Shown: positions 1-10,214 of the stretch, in pieces
Layout of the letters: each line of letters begins with the position of its first letter
Numbering within the stretch: position 1 is the first letter of the stretch
Translations under genes and position numbers: made by a program
Origin: a virus
Taxonomy: Duplodnaviria; Caudoviricetes
IMG/VR virus record: IMGVR_UViG_3300037067_021792
Length of the DNA stretch: 64,000 nt
Reading direction: 5' to 3' (one strand)
Notes under the pieces: model-generated
Database searches by the model: none
What the model saw: the letters and a program-made list of their open reading frames with translations, nothing else
What the model was told of the DNA's origin: nothing

Positions 1-2
1 AT

Positions 3-965
3 TCCGGCGGGCAGCAAACTCCGGAGAATAGTATTGGTGGGTATATTGCCCCTAATGACGTGTATGTGTCAACTTTAATATCGGATCCAATATCAAAATC
101 CCAGATAACAATCCCATTGGCTTCTGGTTCAGACGAACCGCCATCTTCTGGATTGGCACAAGTTGGGTCAGAAATTATTAGATATACATCTGAAAATAAT
201 GATAATCTGTATGGATTAACGAGATCGATATTTCCGTCATCATCGTTCGCGGCGGTAGTTACTCCGCACGCAGATATAGTTAGATATTTAGATATAGATA
301 GGATATTTAATAAAAATCCGGTTTCTGGTGTGTCTCAGTATCGATGTATAGCCGTATTGCATGAATCATCGGACAATATGTATGTTGATGATGTAAAAAT
401 CCAATTAAAACAAAATTTAAACACAAACACTACAATAGATGTTGGAATTGAAGTTCCAAAATTTGATGTTCATAGTGGAACATTCTACGAAGACATGCTA
501 TCTGGATCAAATATATTTGAAAGTGCCGACTTGGATGGTTCAGGATATGACACTGGGTTTTTCGAAGGCGCATATATGATAATAAATCCATCGGCATCTG
601 CCAATGGCGTATTGGTTGATAGCTTTGACATTAACCTATCAGGCCGAGCTGAATTTATTATTGACAGAACCCTATCTATAGACGTAATAGCTGGTACTTA
701 TTTTAGAATAGTTCCGGCTCCATCTCAATCATCCCCGAATGATATTACTAGGCCCAATGAAAACAGCGGCAGATTCCTAGGTTTTATTGGGGAGGGAGGG
801 CAAAATAGTATTGGGTATGCAGGTATTAGAGAAAGGGGCGGAAGAATGAATAATCATGAGCTGTTTTATATTTGGATTAAAAGGTCGATTAAACAGAACT
901 CACCAGAAGATGACAGCTCCGGAGCAATGCTAATATTAGAGTTCAACGAATCTTCAAGGTATTAA
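3..965 (+). CDS. Putative virion structural protein (5'-truncated by window edge)
   Basis: Frame of ORF 60..965 is open back to nt 3 (SGGQQTPENSIGGYIAPNDVY...). Beta-rich S/D/G composition; coupled to the downstream structural block. Confidence 0.55.
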   Translation, partial: SGGQQTPENSIGGYIAPNDVYVSTLISDPISKSQITIPLASGSDEPPSSGLAQVGSEIIRYTSENNDNLYGLTRSIFPSSSFAAVVTPHADIVRYLDIDRIFNKNPVSGVSQYRCIAVLHESSDNMYVDDVKIQLKQNLNTNTTIDVGIEVPKFDVHSGTFYEDMLSGSNIFESADLDGSGYDTGFFEGAYMIINPSASANGVLVDSFDINLSGRAEFIIDRTLSIDVIAGTYFRIVPAPSQSSPNDITRPNENSGRFLGFIGEGGQNSIGYAGIRERGGRMNNHELFYIWIKRSIKQNSPEDDSSGAMLILEFNESSRY

Positions 966-966
966 A

Positions 967-2001
967 ATGGGGTATCTTTCGTCAGTAAAAGCTCACTGGT
1001 CGTTTAACAACAATATTGAGGATAGTGCTCTCAATAATGATTTTGTTTCATCTGGTCCTATTGTGTTATTTGGCAGATATTCTGTCTACAATATGGTTTC
1101 AAATCAAACAGAAACAAAATACGGGGTTTTATTAGACAATTATTATACTGCAAATTCTGTCAATCTTTTAAATCTAGGTAACACTGCCCATGATTTTACT
1201 ATATCTTTTTGGTGGTATTCACCATCTGTAGTTGGATATACCAGGCATGCAATTACCAGAAAAGAGACCAGCAAGGTAACCCCAATTGTGGGAAAAGGAA
1301 GAGTAGTTGAAGATGAATCATTTAAATTTGTCGATGATGGCGAATTTATAATTTCAGAAGTATCAGCATCTTCATCTTGTAATGCCATTAAACTGGAAAT
1401 ATGTACTACAAACAGCAGTCCGACTCATGAGTATCTTTCAAAATCATATATACCTGGCCTTCATCATGTGATGATTTCTTATAAATCTACTATAGATCCG
1501 ATTTCAGAAATAAAAATAATAATAGATGGAGAACAAGGAGAAACGCAGTTCGGTCCAGAATATAATATGTCCACAACCTTGTCAAATATATATGTCAATA
1601 GACTATATCATGGGTATCTTGCCCATGAAAGCAGGCAGGTTGGATCTTTTATTTCAGATTTAGTAATTAAAACTAGTAACGCAGATAATGCGGAACGTGA
1701 TGCCATAAGAAACATTAGATTTGGAACTAATTATATAGTAGATAAGAGTCTAGAACATGTTGAGCATGAATTTTTTGGATTGGGTTATTCACAGCCATCA
1801 ACTATTACGACTAAACAAATTTATGCATCGGGGGGAAACATATATGTCGCAAGATCAAACGGGGATATACTAAAAGGATATCGCCCTATATGGGATACAG
1901 AATCCAACTATGCAACAGACGGATCTAATTTAACCTCTAACCCCAAAATTACCGTGACATCAAATGGACTGAGGATTGCCGGAACCACCATAAGGATATA
2001 G
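967..2001 (+). CDS. LamG/concanavalin A-like domain virion protein
   Basis: AHWSFNNN, FTISFWW, GLHHVMISY, IIIDG pattern typical of LamG folds; starts 1 nt after the previous stop. Confidence 0.55.
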   Translation: MGYLSSVKAHWSFNNNIEDSALNNDFVSSGPIVLFGRYSVYNMVSNQTETKYGVLLDNYYTANSVNLLNLGNTAHDFTISFWWYSPSVVGYTRHAITRKETSKVTPIVGKGRVVEDESFKFVDDGEFIISEVSASSSCNAIKLEICTTNSSPTHEYLSKSYIPGLHHVMISYKSTIDPISEIKIIIDGEQGETQFGPEYNMSTTLSNIYVNRLYHGYLAHESRQVGSFISDLVIKTSNADNAERDAIRNIRFGTNYIVDKSLEHVEHEFFGLGYSQPSTITTKQIYASGGNIYVARSNGDILKGYRPIWDTESNYATDGSNLTSNPKITVTSNGLRIAGTTIRI

Positions 2002-2002
2002 G

Positions 2003-5000
2003 ATGGCGTATATTGATATAATACGAGTAAACGGGCAGCAATCTAGTGGCACTATAACTCCAGTAATTGCCGGGTTAAATCCCGTATTTACATGGGACTA
2101 TGTAGAAACCGCCGATGCCTTGTCTCAGATGACGTTTGAAATACAAATAGGAACTAGCTCCGACAATTGGGGCACAGATATATTCAACTATAATATTTTA
2201 CAGGATTCTGGGGAATCATCTAATTCCTATGAATACTATAAACACTCTCTTCTCAGGGGTGTTGTATACTATGGGCAAATTAGATCAATCGACGAGGACC
2301 ACGAGGAAACATCCTGGTCTATGTTTTCTTTTAAAATAAACAGGGTTCCCACAGCAATAAATCCTCACTTAACTCCATATAATCCAACGTCATCTGACCA
2401 TATAGATGTAAATTATACCTTTGCAGATCCGGATGGACATGAAGAATCTGGCACCAAAATCAGATGGTATAGAGATGGGTTGCCGGTCCTAGAATACGAT
2501 GATTTATGTACTTTGCCCGCATCGGCGACATATCCCGGAGAGTCGTGGAATGCCCGTATTATTCCAAGCGATGGACTAGAGTTTGGAATGGTATCAGAAA
2601 CAGGGTCGGTTGTAATAGGTCAATCCGATATCTACATATCCTATATTACAATATTACCATCCGATGCAAATGTTGATGATATTCTGAAAGCGGATTATGC
2701 TATTATTGATAATGAGTATTCTCCATTCACGGGGACTATATTAATCGAGTGGTATGTTAATGGGACTTTATGCTCATCTTCTAGCTCACAATATGTTAGG
2801 CTGTCTTTGGAACCGGGAGATTATGTTTACGCTGTGATTAAAATAATCGAGGGGAGTTCAATTATATCACAAAAACAGAGTTCTGCTGTGATAATTTCTG
2901 ACGTGGTTTGGCATTTAACATCTCTAGAAATAAGTGGTTTATCTAATCCAACGTATCTGAACGATTTAACTCCTATGGTAGAGTGGAAAGTCTTTAAGAC
3001 TACTGCGGAGTCCAGGGAAAAGCCGGACTATTTTAGGTTCTTTATAACTAAAACTCCATCCTTTGACGGTGCGGTATTTGATACAGGATATACTCAGTAT
3101 GTTAAGGACTCATATTCTATACCAGAAAATGTCCTATCCAGGGGAAACCAATATTTCATCCACGTAGGAGCCGGAGATACGACTCCATTTGATGAAAATT
3201 TATATATTACTAAAGAAATTAAAATATCAGGTTCTAGTTGGTCAGAAAATGTCAGTAATAATATTGGATGGACAATAGAGTTCCGGGCGGGAATTGAAAT
3301 CAATGATGACAATGGAGATCCTATAGACCCGACTAGCCTAGATTACACGCCTAATATTGGATTGTATATTAATGATGGAACGTATTTCTGTGCTGTTGTG
3401 CTAGGACTAAAAAACATAACATTCATATCAGATAGCTCAATAGTTTATACGTATGCATCTAATTTGGGCTCTTTGCAGATAACTGGAGCATCCACAGGAC
3501 ATACTTTCCAAATATGTGGGAAAGAAAATGATGTAAGAATATACATGGACGGAAAAGTAGTTTTAGATGCAATTGGACTGCTTACAAACAAATCTGCCCT
3601 TAAGAATATTGAATACGGGAACATTGATGGTAAACATGAGAATATTGCTGTTTTTAGATATTTTAGATATTCAACAAAGGGCGCGTATGGCCTAGACCAA
3701 AATGTGAACAATCCAAATTTGTTCTATTTTTCAAATATTGGGACCATAGATGGCGGATCGATAGAGTTTGTATACGATAATTTTATTTCATTTACATCAG
3801 ATAACGGAGTTGATTCCAGCAAATTAATAACGTTTAATGAGACTGGCGATACCATAAAACTCCCAACTGTAGTGAAAAATTATTCTCCTATTACATCAAT
3901 ATATATAGACGAAAATAGATCAAAATTTATTGGAACAGCCAATGGAGTAACTGCGATATACGGAGATAAACACGACCCCGATTACGTATTACTTACGAGT
4001 GGTTCAGACTTTAACGGAATAAAGCCTGAAGATTTTGATAGAATATCGAATGTACCGATAGATAAATTATCTCTTGTAGAACCAAATGCCAGAACTGGTT
4101 GGTTTACGATAGATACAACATATAGAACCATCGGAACGATAATTCCAGGAACTAGATTTTTAACAGGAGCAGGTGACCCTTATAATCCATATTCTCCGGA
4201 AATTTTAAGTCGTGCGATTCATTATTATAGCCAGAGGACCCACGGGCATTCTTGGTTTGACAGAGTTGACAACAAAATAGGTTGGCAAGTTGCATTTTCT
4301 TTTAATTTAGAGTATTTGGAAGCCGATGATTTTCAGGAAACAGATATTGATAAAACTGATTTTGGAATATATATTAACGATGGAACACGCCAAGAGATAA
4401 TATACTTTTACAAAGATAGGATACGGCTATATTACGCCAATATATATGTTCCTTTAGATACTACAAAAATCAGAAATTATGTGATATCCGGCAAAGATGA
4501 CAGTCTGCTTATCTACCAAAGATTGTTTAACTCTTCTACATCTGGATATCAACTGTCTCTCAATGGGGCGGGGTTGTTCACAACTCCATCAGACAAATCT
4601 GGAAACAGCAGAAACCCCAATATAGAGGTAGATAGTTTTGGGTTTTACCATGCAGTATGGCACGATGATGGGGATAGATGGTCTAAAATCGTATATTCTT
4701 TTTATGACGGCCAATCATGGTCTCAGCCCGAATCAGTTGTTGAGTCTTCAAAATTTAACTTGAGAAATCCTCGAATAAGCATTGACAGCCATGACCGAAT
4801 ATGGGTGGTATACGAAGACACATCTTGGGGTAATACGGAGATATCGGTTAGTGTCCGAGATACTGTGGGTTGGAATTCCAAAACGCGGGTTACAAATTTT
4901 TCAAGCCAGAAATCTAATCCTGATATCATAATAGACACTAACAATAACGTCCATCTAGTTTGGCAAGATAACAGGAACGGGAACTGGGAGATATTATGGT

Positions 5001-8000
5001 GCCAGTGGGATGATATAAAGAAAGCATGGATATCGAGTGGACATTTTGGGGAAGACGAAGTTATTATGTCATATGCGGAAGACGATCCGTATCAAAATGC
5101 CAGCGCAATTGATTATAAAAAACCCAGGATGTCAATTATATATCCATATTTGTGGGTTGTTGCCGAAGGCCACATAAAAGATGATAGCACATCAGCTATT
5201 TATATGGGGTATAGGGATTTGTCATCTGGATATTGGAACGGTCCCGGCAGCATAATAAAAGAAAACGGAGAATTTTATGCCGCAGGAATATCTAACATTG
5301 TAAGCCTGTCAGGAAGAAACTGTCTAAATCCAGATATTACCGGCAATGCTCTGACGAAAGATTTTGTGGTTGTATGGGAAGACCAAACTACACCAATTTC
5401 TCAAATTTGGGGAAGCGCGTGGTTTTATGATACGACGAATAAAGCCAGCGCGCAGCAGATCACCAGCCGAATACTAAACTGCAAAAACCCTGTATGCGGA
5501 TACGTCTCTAACCAGGTTGTAATATTATATGAGGCAGATAATGATATATATTTATCGTCTTATAATCCATCTTATTCTCAATTTTTAGGATCTTTTTCTG
5601 GTTACACAGACCAATTAATAACAATTGATAATGATAAAATCGTGTCTAATCCAGACTTACCAAGTAATAATATTTCTACAACATTTATACTAGCGTATGA
5701 TTTCCAAAAATCTAGAGATGTAAACTCTATAGAATCTGTGGAATATCCAGAATATCAGCTAATTGGTGATGCTGTTGTAGAACATAACCTAGACTCAGAA
5801 TTCTCTATTACATCAACAACTGAAACTATACAAAATGGAGATGTTAGTTGGATCGATACTAAGGAATTTGCTTTCGGAGATTTTTCGGAAAATGTTGGCA
5901 TAAGAGCGCATTGGAAAGACATAGAGTTTTATTTTGGCTATGACGCCAAGCCTCAAAGTGTTATCAAATATAATTCTAACTCTGTACCATCTTGGCCAGA
6001 TGATAGGGTTAATGATTTATTCGTTGATTCATATGGGAACATAGTATCTGCAACTTTTGGTGGATTAGTATATTATAACGTATTTACGAATCAACTAACT
6101 CTAATCGAAGGGCACACGCCGACATATTCATCCGACACAGGGTGTACCTCGGAAACATGTTTACTTGCGATGTCGGATGGATCGGGCAAATTAATAACAT
6201 CAGTAAAATGGGGAGGCAGTGGCATATGGTATGTTGGCACAGCTAGTGGATTGTATTACACAAATACCGCTGGTAGGACGTGGTTTCCAATTCAATCCGG
6301 TGGCCAACCTATTTTTAGCAATAAAATCATTAATGATATGGTTGTGGACCAGCACGGTAATGCAATTGTGTCAGCCATATCATCTGGATCAAGCTACGAT
6401 TCTAGTTTTGATGGAATATATGTTGTAAATCCAAAAAATTCTGCACAAACTCGTATACCTGTCAGTTTCCAAATTCGATGTGTGGCCGTTGATGAAAATG
6501 ATATAATTTGGGGTGGTGGTGATTCTGGTCTTATTCGAATTGAAAATTATAGTAATACAAACTTGATCACATTTGACCGATCAAATGGAATGAGATCATC
6601 CTGGGTTAACGACATTGCTATAGTAAATAAATATTTAAGATACATTGCTACTGCTGCGGGAATAGAGCGAATGCATGGAATGAAATTCGCCAGTATAAAC
6701 GTGAGAACTCATGAGCTAACAAATGACAATATAAATGTAGTGGAATGGCATAGCAGCACGAACAGTTTGTGGGTTGGGTCTTTATACTCACTACATGAAA
6801 TTATATTTAGAGATGTATTTCATGATATAATATCCGATGAAGTTACACACTATGATTCCAGTAATATTTCAACCGAAGAAGTTTACGACAGAAGCACCTA
6901 CATGATACTGGATTTTTCTCAATCCGATCAAAATGTAACCACGGAATCAGCATCTATATTTATAAATGGAAATGAAATAGAGTTTGGTTACACGGTTTCC
7001 AATAACTCCATTCAATTTTTAACAAATCTCCTGGTTAATGACCAAGTAGAAATAGAAATATCTAATAGATTTTTAACATTTAAAGATTTTAATCAAACTA
7101 ATATAGAAAAATCGGTTCTCGGATTTAAACGATCAGTTATTAAACAAATGATAAGGTCTAGCAAAAATCAATATCTGGTCAGATCCACTGGAGATAAGAA
7201 TACTATCATGCTATATGCCGGTGAATCTAGCCTTCCGTATGATACTATCTCTCTTGATTTGGTTGCTCCGGTAGGGTGTATAGAGCAACTAGATATTCTA
7301 TCTAGGAGTAAAATACGATTTCGTATTCTTGCATCTGATGATTTATCAGGTGTAGAGAGTTACATGCTATCTAATTATGAGAATTTTACATCTGATGGGA
7401 CTAATGAACTTGATTGGTCTCCGATAGCATCTGTAGTAGATCACGATATTGGCATGAACATAAATAATGTCTATGATAGTTTGTCTTTAGAAACCGGAAC
7501 TGGATCTTCACTAGGAATTTGGAATGATCAGCCTAATAATAAAATTTATTTATATGCTGGCACTAGTTCGCCTGCAGTTATATCAAGGTATGACCCAACA
7601 ACCGAAATTTGGACCAAACTGCTAGACATAAACCCTATTGACTCAACCACAATAATTACCGGGATAAAAACTATAGATAACGTAATTTACGTAACAGCCG
7701 GGTCGCCATCAGGGAGTGGAAGAATATACAAGTCGGTTGATGGAACCAACTTTGATTTGGTTAGCAGTATTTCCGGCGCATATGCCAGGGGCATATGCCC
7801 ATCAGATGACGGTCATATTTATTTTGGGTCAAGTGATGGCAGTGTTTATGCGTATAAAGATTCTATTTTATCGCTACCAGATTATCTAAAAGATATTTCT
7901 GAATCTATATATGATTTAAATATATTTAATAATATCTTATATATTGCCAGTGGAAACAAAGGCAGATTATATGCAATAGACCTGAAGAGTTATGATCATT

Positions 8001-10171
8001 TGATAATTTTTGATTCTCCCGGGACATATTTAAGATCTGTTTATACAGATTCTGAAACCACAACAGCGTCTAATGAGGTTAACGTGTTTGTAGGTGATGG
8101 AAGTTCCACTACTATATATAGAGCAGATGTTGACAATTTGGATTTTATAAAAAGTTATAGTTCTTTTGGAAAAAACATTTATAAGATTAGTGGCATACTC
8201 AAAAGTGTTCTGAATGGCGGATCACAAACATCAGACACGGGCAGAACCACAGTAGCAGCGATAGGGGATGGGCTATTTAAATATAACGGCGTTACATGGG
8301 AGATGTTCTATCAACACGACAATGATATCTATGATTTTATAGAATATACAACTGGTGGAGTGCCCGGAGTATGGGTAGTGTCCAAAAACAAAGTCACTAA
8401 GTGGACATCAGAACTTAGTACAAAAACCGTATACCTACGGCTAAAAGACAAGGCCGGGAATATTAGCCAAGTTTCAGATGAGTATTGTCCAACCAAAGAA
8501 TCTTTATGTTGCACATCCTACTCAATTAATATTTCTGATTTAAAAGATTTTGTTAACGCTAATAGGATTTTGAATGTTGATGAATACGGCGTTATTCAAT
8601 ATTCTTATGACTCTTTTAATGACCAGTCATTTTATTCAGCTGACCAGATAGACCAAGAAATTGGAATATACATATCCGAAGTTCTGAACGGGTCTAATGA
8701 CCTGGTGTCCTGGAAAACCATAACGTGGGAATCCGTCGAACCCGTAGGCACGTCCGTAAATGTCCAAATACGAAGTGGAGCAGATGAAACCGAGTGTGCG
8801 GCATCAAGTTGGTCTACAAATCTAATTAAAGATGATACTGGTTTTGTTTCAATTGAGCATATAACAGATCAATTTTTACAATTTAAAGTCATTTTGACAA
8901 GTCAAAGTCGAAATGTGTCTTCATCACTGACATCGGTTACAATAAGAAATATTACATCCCAGGCTAGCCACTTTTTTACAACCAATTTTATTTTGCCAAG
9001 TAGACTGGTCAAGGGGATAATGACTACAAATACTTTTCTACCAATTTCATCTGATATAGTATTTGGAATAAATACGACGAATAGCGTTGACTTTAGTGGA
9101 TACCAGATAATAGAACCTAATAGAATTTTTACAACTACCAAAAAACAGTTTGGCGAAAATTTAAGAATAGGAGCTAAACTTCTATCTCCGGGAATTCCTT
9201 CTTTATCTGTGTCGAATAACCCGGGAGATCCTTACGATGAGTCTTCTTTCTTGTGCAACATAGATTTTGACCACACGAATATTGGCTCTACCAATTATGA
9301 TTACCATTTTAGAATTAGATTTTATAACGACATATATAGAACTCAGTTGATTTATACTAGATTCAGCGGAAACGATCAAACAGGGTGGAAAGTAGGAGTA
9401 TCATCATTTCCATCCACTGGAGTCTCGATTTCTGCCGGTGAAACAAAAAGCATATCATATATGCCAGATATAGAACAAAACCAAAAGTGGTATGTCACTA
9501 TCGACGCCTGGAACGGTATAACATACGAAAACGTATTGAATAATATGTCATATATATGTGCAACATGTAATGTGGAGAATGATCCTGGCTTAATATCGGA
9601 ATATTACACGTCTTTCACGAACGTTGGAATAACTCTGGCATCTATGCCCATTTTTAGTGATTTTACACCAGATTATATTTTCACTGAGAAAAACGTAAAC
9701 TTTTCAGGAACTACTGCCCTATGGGCATCAACAGACAGTGCTGCTCCGGTGTCTGGAATACCAGGAACATCTTCTAATTTTGCAATTAGACTGAAAGGAA
9801 GGATATCATGCCCTTCTGGGGGAATTTACGGTTTTTCTGTAATTGCAGATGATGGAGCAATACTAAAAATTAATGGAGACATTGTAATAGATCCTGTCGG
9901 AAGCCACACAATGCTAGAATCTGAAACCGGAAGTATTAGTTTAAATGCAGGATTTAATGATATAGAATTGCAATATTATGAAACAAGTGGCTCCTCTGGT
10001 TTAATCTTACTATGGATGTTGCCGGGAGAGTCTGTGTATACCGTTATTCCAGAGGATAAGTTTTTCCATTCTACGGTATCAGAATATTGCGAATCTAATG
10101 CCCCTAAAATATTTAACATTGCTATTCAGGTAGAATTGGAAAACGGGGAAACCGTAAAATTCAATTTGTAA
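2003..10171 (+). CDS. Giant multidomain tail/baseplate protein (Ig-like repeats, LamG-like modules, beta-propellers, C-terminal PA14)
   Basis: 2722 aa. Ig-like YTFADPDGHEESGTKIRWY; repeated GW(T/Q)(I/V)xF..IYINDGT modules; (H/W)xVWxD propeller repeats; PA14 signature RLKGRISCPSGGIYGFSVIADDGAILKING...LNAGFNDIELQYYE near the C-terminus. Confidence 0.7.
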   Translation: MAYIDIIRVNGQQSSGTITPVIAGLNPVFTWDYVETADALSQMTFEIQIGTSSDNWGTDIFNYNILQDSGESSNSYEYYKHSLLRGVVYYGQIRSIDEDHEETSWSMFSFKINRVPTAINPHLTPYNPTSSDHIDVNYTFADPDGHEESGTKIRWYRDGLPVLEYDDLCTLPASATYPGESWNARIIPSDGLEFGMVSETGSVVIGQSDIYISYITILPSDANVDDILKADYAIIDNEYSPFTGTILIEWYVNGTLCSSSSSQYVRLSLEPGDYVYAVIKIIEGSSIISQKQSSAVIISDVVWHLTSLEISGLSNPTYLNDLTPMVEWKVFKTTAESREKPDYFRFFITKTPSFDGAVFDTGYTQYVKDSYSIPENVLSRGNQYFIHVGAGDTTPFDENLYITKEIKISGSSWSENVSNNIGWTIEFRAGIEINDDNGDPIDPTSLDYTPNIGLYINDGTYFCAVVLGLKNITFISDSSIVYTYASNLGSLQITGASTGHTFQICGKENDVRIYMDGKVVLDAIGLLTNKSALKNIEYGNIDGKHENIAVFRYFRYSTKGAYGLDQNVNNPNLFYFSNIGTIDGGSIEFVYDNFISFTSDNGVDSSKLITFNETGDTIKLPTVVKNYSPITSIYIDENRSKFIGTANGVTAIYGDKHDPDYVLLTSGSDFNGIKPEDFDRISNVPIDKLSLVEPNARTGWFTIDTTYRTIGTIIPGTRFLTGAGDPYNPYSPEILSRAIHYYSQRTHGHSWFDRVDNKIGWQVAFSFNLEYLEADDFQETDIDKTDFGIYINDGTRQEIIYFYKDRIRLYYANIYVPLDTTKIRNYVISGKDDSLLIYQRLFNSSTSGYQLSLNGAGLFTTPSDKSGNSRNPNIEVDSFGFYHAVWHDDGDRWSKIVYSFYDGQSWSQPESVVESSKFNLRNPRISIDSHDRIWVVYEDTSWGNTEISVSVRDTVGWNSKTRVTNFSSQKSNPDIIIDTNNNVHLVWQDNRNGNWEILWCQWDDIKKAWISSGHFGEDEVIMSYAEDDPYQNASAIDYKKPRMSIIYPYLWVVAEGHIKDDSTSAIYMGYRDLSSGYWNGPGSIIKENGEFYAAGISNIVSLSGRNCLNPDITGNALTKDFVVVWEDQTTPISQIWGSAWFYDTTNKASAQQITSRILNCKNPVCGYVSNQVVILYEADNDIYLSSYNPSYSQFLGSFSGYTDQLITIDNDKIVSNPDLPSNNISTTFILAYDFQKSRDVNSIESVEYPEYQLIGDAVVEHNLDSEFSITSTTETIQNGDVSWIDTKEFAFGDFSENVGIRAHWKDIEFYFGYDAKPQSVIKYNSNSVPSWPDDRVNDLFVDSYGNIVSATFGGLVYYNVFTNQLTLIEGHTPTYSSDTGCTSETCLLAMSDGSGKLITSVKWGGSGIWYVGTASGLYYTNTAGRTWFPIQSGGQPIFSNKIINDMVVDQHGNAIVSAISSGSSYDSSFDGIYVVNPKNSAQTRIPVSFQIRCVAVDENDIIWGGGDSGLIRIENYSNTNLITFDRSNGMRSSWVNDIAIVNKYLRYIATAAGIERMHGMKFASINVRTHELTNDNINVVEWHSSTNSLWVGSLYSLHEIIFRDVFHDIISDEVTHYDSSNISTEEVYDRSTYMILDFSQSDQNVTTESASIFINGNEIEFGYTVSNNSIQFLTNLLVNDQVEIEISNRFLTFKDFNQTNIEKSVLGFKRSVIKQMIRSSKNQYLVRSTGDKNTIMLYAGESSLPYDTISLDLVAPVGCIEQLDILSRSKIRFRILASDDLSGVESYMLSNYENFTSDGTNELDWSPIASVVDHDIGMNINNVYDSLSLETGTGSSLGIWNDQPNNKIYLYAGTSSPAVISRYDPTTEIWTKLLDINPIDSTTIITGIKTIDNVIYVTAGSPSGSGRIYKSVDGTNFDLVSSISGAYARGICPSDDGHIYFGSSDGSVYAYKDSILSLPDYLKDISESIYDLNIFNNILYIASGNKGRLYAIDLKSYDHLIIFDSPGTYLRSVYTDSETTTASNEVNVFVGDGSSTTIYRADVDNLDFIKSYSSFGKNIYKISGILKSVLNGGSQTSDTGRTTVAAIGDGLFKYNGVTWEMFYQHDNDIYDFIEYTTGGVPGVWVVSKNKVTKWTSELSTKTVYLRLKDKAGNISQVSDEYCPTKESLCCTSYSINISDLKDFVNANRILNVDEYGVIQYSYDSFNDQSFYSADQIDQEIGIYISEVLNGSNDLVSWKTITWESVEPVGTSVNVQIRSGADETECAASSWSTNLIKDDTGFVSIEHITDQFLQFKVILTSQSRNVSSSLTSVTIRNITSQASHFFTTNFILPSRLVKGIMTTNTFLPISSDIVFGINTTNSVDFSGYQIIEPNRIFTTTKKQFGENLRIGAKLLSPGIPSLSVSNNPGDPYDESSFLCNIDFDHTNIGSTNYDYHFRIRFYNDIYRTQLIYTRFSGNDQTGWKVGVSSFPSTGVSISAGETKSISYMPDIEQNQKWYVTIDAWNGITYENVLNNMSYICATCNVENDPGLISEYYTSFTNVGITLASMPIFSDFTPDYIFTEKNVNFSGTTALWASTDSAAPVSGIPGTSSNFAIRLKGRISCPSGGIYGFSVIADDGAILKINGDIVIDPVGSHTMLESETGSISLNAGFNDIELQYYETSGSSGLILLWMLPGESVYTVIPEDKFFHSTVSEYCESNAPKIFNIAIQVELENGETVKFNL

Positions 10172-10197
10172 ATGTTCATCATATTTATAACGCAAAG

Positions 10198-10205
10198 AAA
10201 GGAGG
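10198..10205 (+). promoter_or_regulatory. Strong Shine-Dalgarno AAAGGAGG serving ATG 10215
   Basis: Perfect SD 9 nt upstream of ATG 10215, which is out of frame with ORF 10327..17103. Confidence 0.7.
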
Positions 10206-10214
10206 TCAAGAGGG